Below are positions 17,392-24,684 of a stretch of 32,000 nt of DNA, one piece after another. Where the stretch lies: the NCBI RefSeq assembly GCF_000299365.1, contig NC_018655.1:480001-512000 (forward strand), written 5' to 3'. The notes below the pieces were generated by a model. It did no database searches. It was given only the letters and a program-made list of their open reading frames with translations, and was not told the origin of the DNA. Both the position numbers and the translations under genes were made by a program. The stretch comes from Candidatus Nitrosopumilus koreensis AR1 (GTDB lineage Archaea; Thermoproteota; Nitrososphaeria; Nitrososphaerales; Nitrosopumilaceae). Within the stretch, counting starts at the first letter, position 1; every line of letters begins with the position of its first letter.

Positions 17392-17857
17392 ATGGCAGCT
17401 GCTAAAAAGCAAACTAAAAAAGATCTTGAAGACAAGATTGCCGAATTAGAAGCAAAACTAAATTCACTTTCGTCTCAACTATCAAAACCAGCTGAGACAA
17501 AACCTGCTGAAACTAAACCAGCTGAGACAAAACCTGCTGAAACTTCCTCCACCTCCAGAACCTCCAAAGCCTTCTGGTACACTTCCAAAAGGAACGGCTG
17601 ATGCACCTCAAACTACTACAAGTAGTGGGGATGGAAAATCAAGACAAGAACAGCTAGAAGAGTACGAAAAAGATTACTTGCAACGAATTGAACAAGAAAA
17701 AGCAGAACGTGAACAAGCTTATCAAGAAGCACTTCAAGCAGAAGTGGAATCAAGAGCTAAACAAACACGTGGCAGCTTACCAAAAGGTTTTGAACCAAAA
17801 CCTGAACCAAAACCTGAACCTGCAAAATCAAAAGGTACACTTCCAAAAGGTTTCTGA
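17392..17857 (+). CDS. repeat-rich low-complexity protein with an apparent +1 frameshift near 17545
   Basis: Frame 1 reads MAAAKKQTKKDLEDKIAELEAKLNSLSSQLS(KPAET)x4 and then runs into junk and a stop at 17601. From 17546, frame 2 reads PPPPEPPKPSGTLPKGTADAPQ...EQEKAEREQAYQEALQAEVESRAKQTRGSLPKGFEPKPEPKPEPAKSKGTLPKGF* (stop at 17855-17857), with no start codon of its own. Confidence 0.5.
17485..17544 (+). repeat. tandem repeat, 15-nt unit x4 (30-nt unit x2) encoding KPAET
   Basis: aaaccagctgagaca/aaacctgctgaaact alternate exactly twice. A 12-nt repeat gaaccaaaacct occurs 2.5 times at 17792-17821. Confidence 0.9.
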
Positions 17858-17879
17858 CCTTTCACCTTTTTACTTTATT

Positions 17880-18344
17880 TTATTCTAAATTTTTAAAATC
17901 ATCAAACACTTGTTTTGAATGACCTGCTGGTTTTACTTTTGGATATATTTTGAAAATTTTTCCTTTTTCATCAACGAGAAAGGTACTTCTCATGACTCCC
18001 ATGTATTCTCTGCCCATGAATTTCTTCTTGCCCCATACCCCAAACATCTTTGACACTTTTTTATCTACGTCTGCTAAGAGTGGGTACTTGATTTTCATCT
18101 TTTCGCAGAATTTTTTATGAGAATCAACATCATCTGGACTAATACCAATAATCTCGATTTCTTCTTTTTGGAATTTTTTATAGTCTTTTGAGAATTCGTC
18201 TGCTTCTGTAGTGCATCCTGGGGTGAAGTCTTTTGGATAAAAGTAGATGGCATGTTTTTTGCCTTTAAAATCTGAAGATTTTACCTTATTTCCATTGGCA
18301 TCATTTATCTCAAACTTTGGAACAGAATCCCCCTCTGAAATCAT
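17880..18344 (-). CDS. bcp: peroxiredoxin, Bcp type (AhpC/TSA family)
   Basis: YFYPKDFTPGCTTEA active-site motif; 154 aa. Confidence 0.9.
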   Translation of the reverse strand: MISEGDSVPKFEINDANGNKVKSSDFKGKKHAIYFYPKDFTPGCTTEADEFSKDYKKFQKEEIEIIGISPDDVDSHKKFCEKMKIKYPLLADVDKKVSKMFGVWGKKKFMGREYMGVMRSTFLVDEKGKIFKIYPKVKPAGHSKQVFDDFKNLE

Positions 18345-18445
18345 ATGTTTTCAAACAAATGAACCTGTAATTAATTACTTTTTGATCTTAACTGATCACT
18401 TTTAGTCCGAATCTTTTATATGGAAATTGGCGGGGCTTTTGCTTA

Positions 18446-19150
18446 ATGGTTAATCCAAGAGCGTACCTTGCTGAAGCAATCTCTACATATGGATTGGTAT
18501 TTTTCGGTCCTCTTTCAGTAATTTTGGCAATTGCATCATTTGGCGAGGAATTGACAACGATGTCTGTACTATTCATTTCTCTTGGACACGGTGGTGCAAT
18601 CGCTTTGATGATCTATGCATTTGGTCATGTGTCTGGTGCTCACATTAACCCAGCAGTTACGATTCCTATGATGATTACAAGAAAGATTGGAATTGCAGAT
18701 GGAATTGGTTATATTATTTCACAATTAATTGGTGCTGTAGCAGCTGCTGCAACACTCAAAGCAATCTTGCCAGAACTTGGAGCTAAAGTAAACTTTGCAA
18801 CTCAAGGTGGACCAAGCGATTTAATCAATAACAGTATTGGTTCAGGTTTTGCAATTGAGGCCATCTTGACATTCTTCTTAGTTACTGTTATCTTCATGAG
18901 TGCTGTTCACAAGAAAGCATCTCCTGGATGGCATGGATTTACCATTGGTGGTATGGTCTTTTTGATTCACCTGATTGCCGTTCCATTGACTGGTGCATCA
19001 GTAAACCCTGCAAGAACATTTGGTCCTGCACTAATTTCTGGATTCTGGGAATTCCATTGGTTGTATTGGGCAGCTCCAATTCTAGGTGGTATTATTGCTG
19101 GTTTGATAATGAATTATGTCTTTGTCAAACAAGCAGAACAAGAAGCATAA
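18446..19150 (+). CDS. aqpM: MIP-family aquaporin / aquaglyceroporin
   Basis: Two NPA boxes (HINPAVT, SVNPART) and a six-TM pattern. Confidence 0.9.
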   Translation: MVNPRAYLAEAISTYGLVFFGPLSVILAIASFGEELTTMSVLFISLGHGGAIALMIYAFGHVSGAHINPAVTIPMMITRKIGIADGIGYIISQLIGAVAAAATLKAILPELGAKVNFATQGGPSDLINNSIGSGFAIEAILTFFLVTVIFMSAVHKKASPGWHGFTIGGMVFLIHLIAVPLTGASVNPARTFGPALISGFWEFHWLYWAAPILGGIIAGLIMNYVFVKQAEQEA

Positions 19151-19188
19151 TCCCAACATTTTTAAAAATTTGAAATTATTTTCCCTGT

Positions 19189-19611
19189 ATGAGTTCTGAT
19201 GAAATTTCGTCAATGCTTAATACTGAATCTCAAAAACTTGAGCATCTAATTTCAAATGTATCTGATGATGCAGAAATTAATGAAATTGTGGAGACTTATT
19301 ATCAAGTCATGAATGTTTCTTCAATGATTTCTATGCTAAAACAACAACTAGATTCTGAAAACCACAAAGTTTTGTTAGACCAAGTTGATAAGACTGAACA
19401 GCTCATTTCGGAGAAATTTAATACTGGAATTCATCCAAAAATCCTAGACAAACTTTCAAACTCTATTCAAGAAACTACAAAGACACTACAATCAAGTTCT
19501 GGAGAAAAAACTAAGGATCAAATTGAAACTGAATCTAAATTATTTGAAGAATTACGAAAAAAGATGAGTACAAAAGAATTCGTTGAACAATATGATAAAG
19601 GATTGTCATGA
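19189..19611 (+). CDS. hypothetical protein
   Basis: 140-aa acidic, helical ORF. Its stop overlaps the next start (ATGA). Confidence 0.45.
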   Translation: MSSDEISSMLNTESQKLEHLISNVSDDAEINEIVETYYQVMNVSSMISMLKQQLDSENHKVLLDQVDKTEQLISEKFNTGIHPKILDKLSNSIQETTKTLQSSSGEKTKDQIETESKLFEELRKKMSTKEFVEQYDKGLS

Positions 19612-20426
19612 TTGAACAATTAGCAAAAAATCTTGTTTCTCTAAAAAAAGAATTTGCAAAAACATATGATGGAAAAAGTCAGATGCAAGAAGTAATTCCA
19701 ATTTCAACTTCTGATTTGTTTCAGATATCTCAACAAGATTTAGAACTACTGCATCAGTTTGCAAAAAAGAATCCTATCTATTACAATTCATATGAACAAA
19801 CAATTGGTAATACAAAATGTGTTGTTTATGAAGGTGACATCAACAAATATTGGCTGAACAGTATTCAACATGGTTCTAGCAATGCGCCTTTCTCACCTAC
19901 TTGGATATTGTCAGCCTATGTTGCAACCTTGATGGCAAAAAAACTTGGATATTCTGAAGTGATTGATATTGGATCTGGTGATGGAAGAATTGCTTTTTGC
20001 TCCAAAGTTTTGGATATGGAAGCATATAGCATAGAACTTGATGATCAGTTAATAGAACTTCAAAAGACACTTGTTACAACTCTTGACTTTCATCCATTTT
20101 GTTCTAATGCAATAACTTTTGATTACCAATCTTTGAATTTGACTGCTCCTGTATTTTTCATTGGAGGCCTTGCCCAAATGGGAGGAAATGCTTTAGCAAC
20201 AGGTGTGATTGACCATATTGCTTCTCATGACTTGATGAAAAAATCTGCTTGGGTTTTTGCAGGTACACATTCTCAAAAATATGCTCCTGATCCTAAAAAT
20301 GAGGCTGGTTGGGGAACCCTTATTGAAAAAAACAAATTCCGAAAACTAGAAACAATTTCTTTACCTACTGTTTGGACATTTCATGAAACCGATGAAACTC
20401 CGTATATTTTTGCAGAATCTCAGTAA
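19608..20426 (+). CDS. hypothetical protein, possible class I SAM-dependent methyltransferase fold
   Basis: VIDIGSGDGRIAF resembles SAM-binding motif I (hhDhGxGxG). It overlaps the upstream ORF by 4 nt. Confidence 0.45.
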   Translation: MIEQLAKNLVSLKKEFAKTYDGKSQMQEVIPISTSDLFQISQQDLELLHQFAKKNPIYYNSYEQTIGNTKCVVYEGDINKYWLNSIQHGSSNAPFSPTWILSAYVATLMAKKLGYSEVIDIGSGDGRIAFCSKVLDMEAYSIELDDQLIELQKTLVTTLDFHPFCSNAITFDYQSLNLTAPVFFIGGLAQMGGNALATGVIDHIASHDLMKKSAWVFAGTHSQKYAPDPKNEAGWGTLIEKNKFRKLETISLPTVWTFHETDETPYIFAESQ

Positions 20427-20464
20427 TAGCAATCCAAATTAAGTGTAAATTTACCAAAGTTTTC

Positions 20465-20539
20465 GGACTCGTTGCATAGCTTGGATAGTGCGAACGCTTG
20501 CGGAGCGTTAGGTCGCCGGTTCGAATCCGGTCGGGTCCG
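20465..20539 (+). tRNA. tRNA-Arg (anticodon GCG)
   Basis: Hand-folded 75-nt cloverleaf. Acceptor: GGACUCG/CGGGUCC. D arm: GCAU-AGCUUGGAUA-GUGC. Anticodon arm: AACGC-UUGCGGA-GCGUU. T arm: GCCGG-UUCGAAU-CCGGU. Discriminator is G and no CCA is encoded. Confidence 0.9.
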
Positions 20540-20590
20540 GTTATTTTCATTAGTGAATTCCCTAATAATATTAAAAAAGGAATTTTGCTG

Positions 20591-20740
20591 CTAGCCTAGC
20601 AAACCACTAGCAACAAGATATGCTCCAGCACCCATTCCAATTACTACACCTATACCCATGCAGATGAGGTCATATTTTACGACCTTTTTGAAGGGTGCTT
20701 GAACCATTCTATCCCAGTTTGAGATTTGTGGTGTTTTCAT
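20591..20740 (-). CDS. candidate 49-aa single-TM micro-protein
   Basis: Hand translation gives MKTPQISNWDRMVQAPFKKVVKYDLICMGIGVVIGMGAGAYLVASGLLG*, with a Gly-zipper TM helix. It is below the ORF-track cutoff. Confidence 0.35.
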   Translation of the reverse strand: MKTPQISNWDRMVQAPFKKVVKYDLICMGIGVVIGMGAGAYLVASGLLG

Positions 20741-20827
20741 AATTCTATTTAGAACTAGTTACAGATAGAATGCGGTAAGCTACTTAGCTTACTCTAGCTT
20801 ATCATCGTGAATGTTGTATGTATTTCA

Positions 20828-20890
20828 TGCAAGAACGACATTTCCCTAGACAAGAAACCATCTGTGAATTTTTTTCACAGCGTTCTTGCA
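20828..20890. repeat. nested inverted repeats (10-bp outer stem enclosing a 7-bp hairpin)
   Basis: TGCAAGAACG (20828-20837) pairs with CGTTCTTGCA (20881-20890). The inner hairpin is CTGTGAA-TTTTT-TTCACAG (20862-20880). Confidence 0.6.
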
Positions 20891-20948
20891 CTTTTATAAA
20901 GAGGGTGATACTTTGAATTTCCCATTAAAAGAAAAATCAAGTGTAACT

Positions 20949-21029
20949 ATGCCCCGTCATAAAAAGACGTTTTATGGATTCTATGTCTCTACTGCTATCT
21001 TAATTGTAATACTTTCCTTGGGATTGTAG
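20949..21029 (+). CDS. candidate 26-aa hydrophobic micro-ORF
   Basis: MPRHKKTFYGFYVSTAILIVILSLGL*, a basic N-terminus followed by one TM-like segment. There is no other support. Confidence 0.15.
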   Translation: MPRHKKTFYGFYVSTAILIVILSLGL

Positions 21030-21119
21030 TGTTGTTTATAGGGTTTCAAAAAAATTCTGAATGTAATTTACTATGTATCTAAAGAAAAAAGATAAGAGTA
21101 ATCTCTGGAAATAAAGAAC

Positions 21120-21695
21120 ATGAAGCCAAAAATACTTGCATTTGCAGGTAGTACACGTACCGGTTCTTTTAACAAAAAATTGGTCAAAATATCTGCTCAA
21201 GGAGCAATTGAATCTGGTGCAGATGTAACTATAATTGATCTCCGAGACTATTTGATGCCTCTTTTTGATGCAGATTTGGAGGAAAATGAAGGGATTCCAT
21301 CTAATGCATGTAAATTAAAAGAATTATTGTCATCTCATCACGGATTTTTAATTGCATCTCCTGAGTACAATAGTTCTATTTCGGGAGTTTTAAAAAACAT
21401 GATAGATTGGACATCGAGACAGGGTGAAGATGAGGAACCTTTGATAGGTTACAAAGACAAAGTCGCAGGATTGATGAGCGCCTCTCCTGGAAAACTAGGT
21501 GGGTTAAGGGGATTGGTTCATGTTCGCGCTATTCTTGAAAACATGGGAGTATTGGTAATGCCAAACCAAACAACAATATCTCAAGCTCATGAAGCCTTTG
21601 ACTCCAACAATATGTTGAAAGACCAGAAACAAGAACAGAAAGTAAAACGAATTGGATCTGATTTAACTCAAATTTTACTGAAATTAAATTCTTAA
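21120..21695 (+). CDS. NAD(P)H-dependent FMN reductase (flavodoxin-like fold)
   Basis: The N-terminal ILAFAGSTRTGSFNKKL and SPEYNSSISGVLKNMIDW motifs are typical of the FMN_red family. Confidence 0.8.
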   Translation: MKPKILAFAGSTRTGSFNKKLVKISAQGAIESGADVTIIDLRDYLMPLFDADLEENEGIPSNACKLKELLSSHHGFLIASPEYNSSISGVLKNMIDWTSRQGEDEEPLIGYKDKVAGLMSASPGKLGGLRGLVHVRAILENMGVLVMPNQTTISQAHEAFDSNNMLKDQKQEQKVKRIGSDLTQILLKLNS

Positions 21696-21768
21696 CCCTT
21701 TCTGATATTTTTTTGGCCTATTTTGTCCAAATCCTCACAAAAGTATACCTGAATACATAATTTTATGT

Positions 21769-21927
21769 CTAATGATAAATCAGGTATGGAATTTTATCTT
21801 TTATGTCGGGTGTGGGGTTTGAACACTGACCACATCTTGGAAGAATGATTTCTGCATCATAATCGACTTCTCCAATAACTTTGCCACAATCTCTACATGT
21901 TATTGATTTTGTATCATAAATGTTCAA
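21769..21927 (-). CDS. candidate 52-aa zinc-ribbon micro-protein (CxxC-x16-CxxC)
   Basis: Hand translation from a TTG start gives (M)NIYDTKSITCRDCGKVIGEVDYDAEIILPRCGQCSNPTPDIKDKIPYLIYH*. TTTATT lies about 30 nt upstream. Confidence 0.4.
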   Translation of the reverse strand: MNIYDTKSITCRDCGKVIGEVDYDAEIILPRCGQCSNPTPDIKDKIPYLIYH

Positions 21928-22065
21928 TATGTATATTGTAAGAGATTATTGCCAATAAAGTAACATGTCTCAAAAATGAACATTTGTAAGAAAATTCCAA
22001 TTAAATTAAAAAGATTTTAGGTTTTTAAAAATTAGATTTATTTTTCAGAAAATAGTATATTCAAC

Positions 22066-22164
22066 ATGATGAGTTACCTAGTACATAACAGTTCATTACG
22101 AAATGTCCTGATCTTCATTGGAATTATGGCTGCGGTATCTGCATTAGTTTTGTTTTTAAAATAA
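22066..22164 (+). CDS. candidate 32-aa single-TM micro-protein
   Basis: MMSYLVHNSSLRNVLFIGIMAAVSALVLFLK-like translation (MMSYLVHNSSLRNVLIFIGIMAAVSALVLFLK*). TTTATTTTT lies about 26 nt upstream, and a hairpin and T-run follow immediately. Confidence 0.3.
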   Translation: MMSYLVHNSSLRNVLIFIGIMAAVSALVLFLK

Positions 22165-22169
22165 ATAAA

Positions 22170-22264
22170 AATTCACTTTATTTGTCTTTTTTAAGTGAAT
22201 TCTAATGAAGGCAGACCTGCATCGCATGAGAGTATAAGGCAGCTGTCTTATCACGAATTCACTT
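22170..22264 (+). repeat. three copies of an AATTCACTT element forming two mutually exclusive hairpins
   Basis: Copy 1 is AATTCACTT at 22170-22178. Copy 2 is inverted, AAGTGAATTC at 22193-22202. Copy 3 is GAATTCACTT at 22255-22264. Copies 1 and 2 pair over 9 bp; copies 2 and 3 pair over 10 bp. An inner stem AGACCTGC/GCAG-CT-GTCT lies between copies 2 and 3. Confidence 0.6.
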
Positions 22265-22399
22265 GATGCATTATACTGTTTTCATGCTATTAAGGTAGTA
22301 ATCAGTTGATAGTATTCTGAATAAAATCAACTAGTTTGCTTGTTTTAGATTTTTATCAAAAAATATCTTGATTATATTCTAGTCTCAATCTGTTCTTTC

Positions 22400-22528
22400 A
22401 TGAATCAAAGTTTACTACATCTCAAAACAAATCAAGAGAATTGCAATCATTCTATATCTGCAAGAATGCCTGAATTAATGAATAAACGTGAATGCTTACT
22501 CTGTCACAAAATTTTTGAGGACGGATGA
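22400..22528 (+). CDS. candidate 42-aa ORF, possibly a truncated copy of the FCS/TRASH-like zinc finger
   Basis: MNQSLLHLKTNQENCNHSISARMPELMNKRECLLCHKIFEDG*. Its end, ECLLCHKIFEDG, parallels VCMICGKNFDGN of the ORF 270 nt downstream, but it stops before the FCSxxC half. Confidence 0.2.
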   Translation: MNQSLLHLKTNQENCNHSISARMPELMNKRECLLCHKIFEDG

Positions 22529-22761
22529 AATGGTCGGTTATTTGGGAGATATTAATCTGAAAATAGTTCATCATCTTGCATAGTAAAAAAAAAGAATGTA
22601 GTATTTACAATATTGAAAATAAGAACAGACAATATTTTACACCTGATACTCTGGAGAATGCAACTACTTTGGGATTTGACATTTGCAAATGGTGTAATTA
22701 AAAAACAAAGTATCTGATGATTTTTTCCACATTTGGGATTTTCTCCCAAGTTTTTTATCAT

Positions 22762-22962
22762 ATGTGTGAATTTTCCCAAAAATGTGGGGGAAACATGTTG
22801 CCAGTTTGTATGATTTGTGGTAAAAATTTTGATGGGAATAAAGAACGATTTTGCTCCCAATCATGTGCTGAAACACATATCAAAGATCTTGAAAAAAGAT
22901 TACATGATGCAATAAAAAATGATCCAAGTCACACCAAAAAAATGTCCGATTCTTCAGAATAA
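22762..22962 (+). CDS. small TRASH/FCS-type zinc-finger protein
   Basis: CMICGKNFDGNKERFCSQSC matches the C-x2-C-x(11-22)-(F)C-(S)-x2-C metal-binding pattern. The start is ambiguous (ATG at 22717, 22762 or 22795). Confidence 0.5.
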   Translation: MCEFSQKCGGNMLPVCMICGKNFDGNKERFCSQSCAETHIKDLEKRLHDAIKNDPSHTKKMSDSSE

Positions 22963-23056
22963 TTCTGATGCTTGAATTTTCTATATTTCATGAATCTGGA
23001 ATAAATACTTTGAAATCCTTCGTAATTGCTATATATTATAACTGTAAAATCTTGTC

Positions 23057-24139
23057 ATGAGATTTTCTTTGAATATTTTTGTTATTTCGATACTTGTTTT
23101 GGGATTGGTTTCCAGCCCCCTTTCATTTGCTCAGACCAATAGTACTGATGGCGAAAATATTACTATTGAGTTAGAAGAATCAATCTCAATAACTACTGAA
23201 GAATCTGAAACAGATACTGATGTAACCAGTACAAACTCTACAACTGATGTTGTAACATCTAACTTGGGTCAAGCAGTTTCAAAATTTGTTCATGAGTCAA
23301 GAGAATTATTCAAGCAACAAAAAGAAGAGACCAAAGAAGTAATTGCACAATGCAGAGAAGATATGAGAAATGCTGAACCCTCTGAAAGAAAATCAGTTAG
23401 AGATGAATGCAGATCTAATTTGGAAGAAATTAGAGCCACTTACAAAGAACTTCGAGAAACATACCAAGAAGCTTTCAAAGAATTTAGAGAAAGTATGAAG
23501 GTATTCATAAAAGAATCAAAGGGATTATTAGTTAATTCTGCACAACGAAATGCTGCCATATCTGATATTGAATCATTACCTGACACTGCTGAAGAAAGGG
23601 AACAACTAAGAGAATTAAAACAGAAGATGTCTGAACAACTACGAGAAGAGAAAAAACAACTTCATGAACAAGAAAAAAGAGAACGTGACGAATTAAGAGA
23701 AAAAGACAAAGAAGAAAGAGAATTGCTCAAAGAACAACGAGAACAAGAACGTGATGAATTAAGAACCTCTTTAGCAGGTTCGGATGACGCAGAAGATGCT
23801 GCAAAAGAAATTCGAGAGGCATCTCAAGCCATCATGAGAGCAGAGAATAAGATTAACGAAGCTCAGGCAGACGGAAAGGATGTTTCTGTTTCACTAGAAA
23901 AACTATCTGATGCAAAAGAACTTTTGGCATTGGCACAAGATCATTTTGCTTCTGATGATTTTGCTGAAGCTGAAGAATTAGCTGAAGATGCCAAAGATTT
24001 GGCTTCAGAATCCAGAATGAAATTCCTTGGAAAATCTGCCGAAGATCTAGATGATGAAGACGATGACGAAGATGATGAAGACGATGACGAAGATGATGAA
24101 GACGATGACGAAGACGATGACGAAGATGATGAATCATGA
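23057..24139 (+). CDS. secreted/surface acidic protein with an E/R/K-rich helical region and a poly-Asp/Glu tail
   Basis: Signal-peptide-like N-terminus (MRFSLNIFVISILVLGLVSSPLSFA-QT) and N-x-S/T sequons. A long charged segment follows (EEREQLRELKQK...REQERDELR). The roughly 31-residue C-terminus contains only D/E before the final S. Confidence 0.65.
   Translation: MRFSLNIFVISILVLGLVSSPLSFAQTNSTDGENITIELEESISITTEESETDTDVTSTNSTTDVVTSNLGQAVSKFVHESRELFKQQKEETKEVIAQCREDMRNAEPSERKSVRDECRSNLEEIRATYKELRETYQEAFKEFRESMKVFIKESKGLLVNSAQRNAAISDIESLPDTAEEREQLRELKQKMSEQLREEKKQLHEQEKRERDELREKDKEERELLKEQREQERDELRTSLAGSDDAEDAAKEIREASQAIMRAENKINEAQADGKDVSVSLEKLSDAKELLALAQDHFASDDFAEAEELAEDAKDLASESRMKFLGKSAEDLDDEDDDEDDEDDDEDDEDDDEDDDEDDES
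24050..24133 (+). repeat. tandem repeat, 21-nt unit gatgatgaagacgatgacgaa x3 plus partial copies
   Basis: Exact copies lie at 24050-24070, 24071-24091 and 24092-24112, followed by 12-nt and 9-nt partial units. They encode DDEDDDE. Confidence 0.9.
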
Positions 24140-24288
24140 TGATTGATTTTTGTCTTCTGTAAACTTATTCTAAGTTCAAAATTTTTACCCTCTCTTGTAT
24201 TTTTTATATGCAGTACTGTAATTGAAATTTTTTAAAAAACAATTTTCCGGTATGAATATCTTAAATATTATGATATTCTACGACAACA

Positions 24289-24684
24289 ATGAATCAAGAA
24301 AATTTCAATAATTCAATCAAGGTACAAGATATCATGACTCGTACTTTGATTACTGTTAATCCTGACACTACTGCAATACAAGTAGCAAAAATGATGGAAC
24401 AAGGAAGAATTGGTGCTGTTATTGTAAAAGATGGTGATGATCTTGTGGGTATTGTTACTGATAGAGATTATGCCACAAAGGTTGCTGCAAATAACCTCTC
24501 ATTAGACACTGCTGTAGGGAAAATAATGTCTTCCCCACTGATTACAATAAATCATGATGAGCCAATCACTGCAGCTGCCGAAATGATGGCCAGCAAAAAA
24601 ATAAGAAAACTCGCCGTATCTAATAATGGCAAAATTACTGGAATTATTACCTCCACTGATTTGGTAAAACAACTGGCAAAGTAA
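24289..24684 (+). CDS. CBS-domain pair protein
   Basis: Two CBS repeats (VQDIMTRTLITV...GIVTDRD and KIMSSPLITI...GIITSTDL); 131 aa. Confidence 0.85.
   Translation: MNQENFNNSIKVQDIMTRTLITVNPDTTAIQVAKMMEQGRIGAVIVKDGDDLVGIVTDRDYATKVAANNLSLDTAVGKIMSSPLITINHDEPITAAAEMMASKKIRKLAVSNNGKITGIITSTDLVKQLAK

Noticed and set aside
17688-17888. 66-aa + strand ORF (MNKKKQNVNKLIKK...)
   Set aside because: This is an out-of-frame reading of the C-terminal half of the repeat protein gene. The neighbouring frame gives a coherent sequence with recurring GxLPKGF motifs.
20365-20550. 61-aa - strand ORF overlapping the tRNA
   Set aside because: It runs antisense through tRNA-Arg, and the open frame is simply a consequence of the GC-rich tRNA sequence.
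20538-22543. 9-nt direct repeat CGGTTATTT at the tRNA 3' end (20538-20546) and at 22535-22543 as possible att sites
   Set aside because: There are only 9 matching nt, the flanking bases do not extend the match, and no integrase or other mobile-element gene lies between the copies. This is too weak to call an integrated element.
22552-22876. 102-aa and 70-aa - strand ORFs
   Set aside because: They overlap each other and run antisense to the FCS/TRASH zinc-finger ORF. They have no motif and odd composition, and the + strand ORF has a recognisable metal-binding pattern.
23853-24137. 94-aa - strand ORF (MIHHLRHRLRHRLHHLRH...)
   Set aside because: This is the antisense reading of the poly-Asp/Glu tandem repeat. 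Its periodic H/L/R sequence is an artefact of the repeat.
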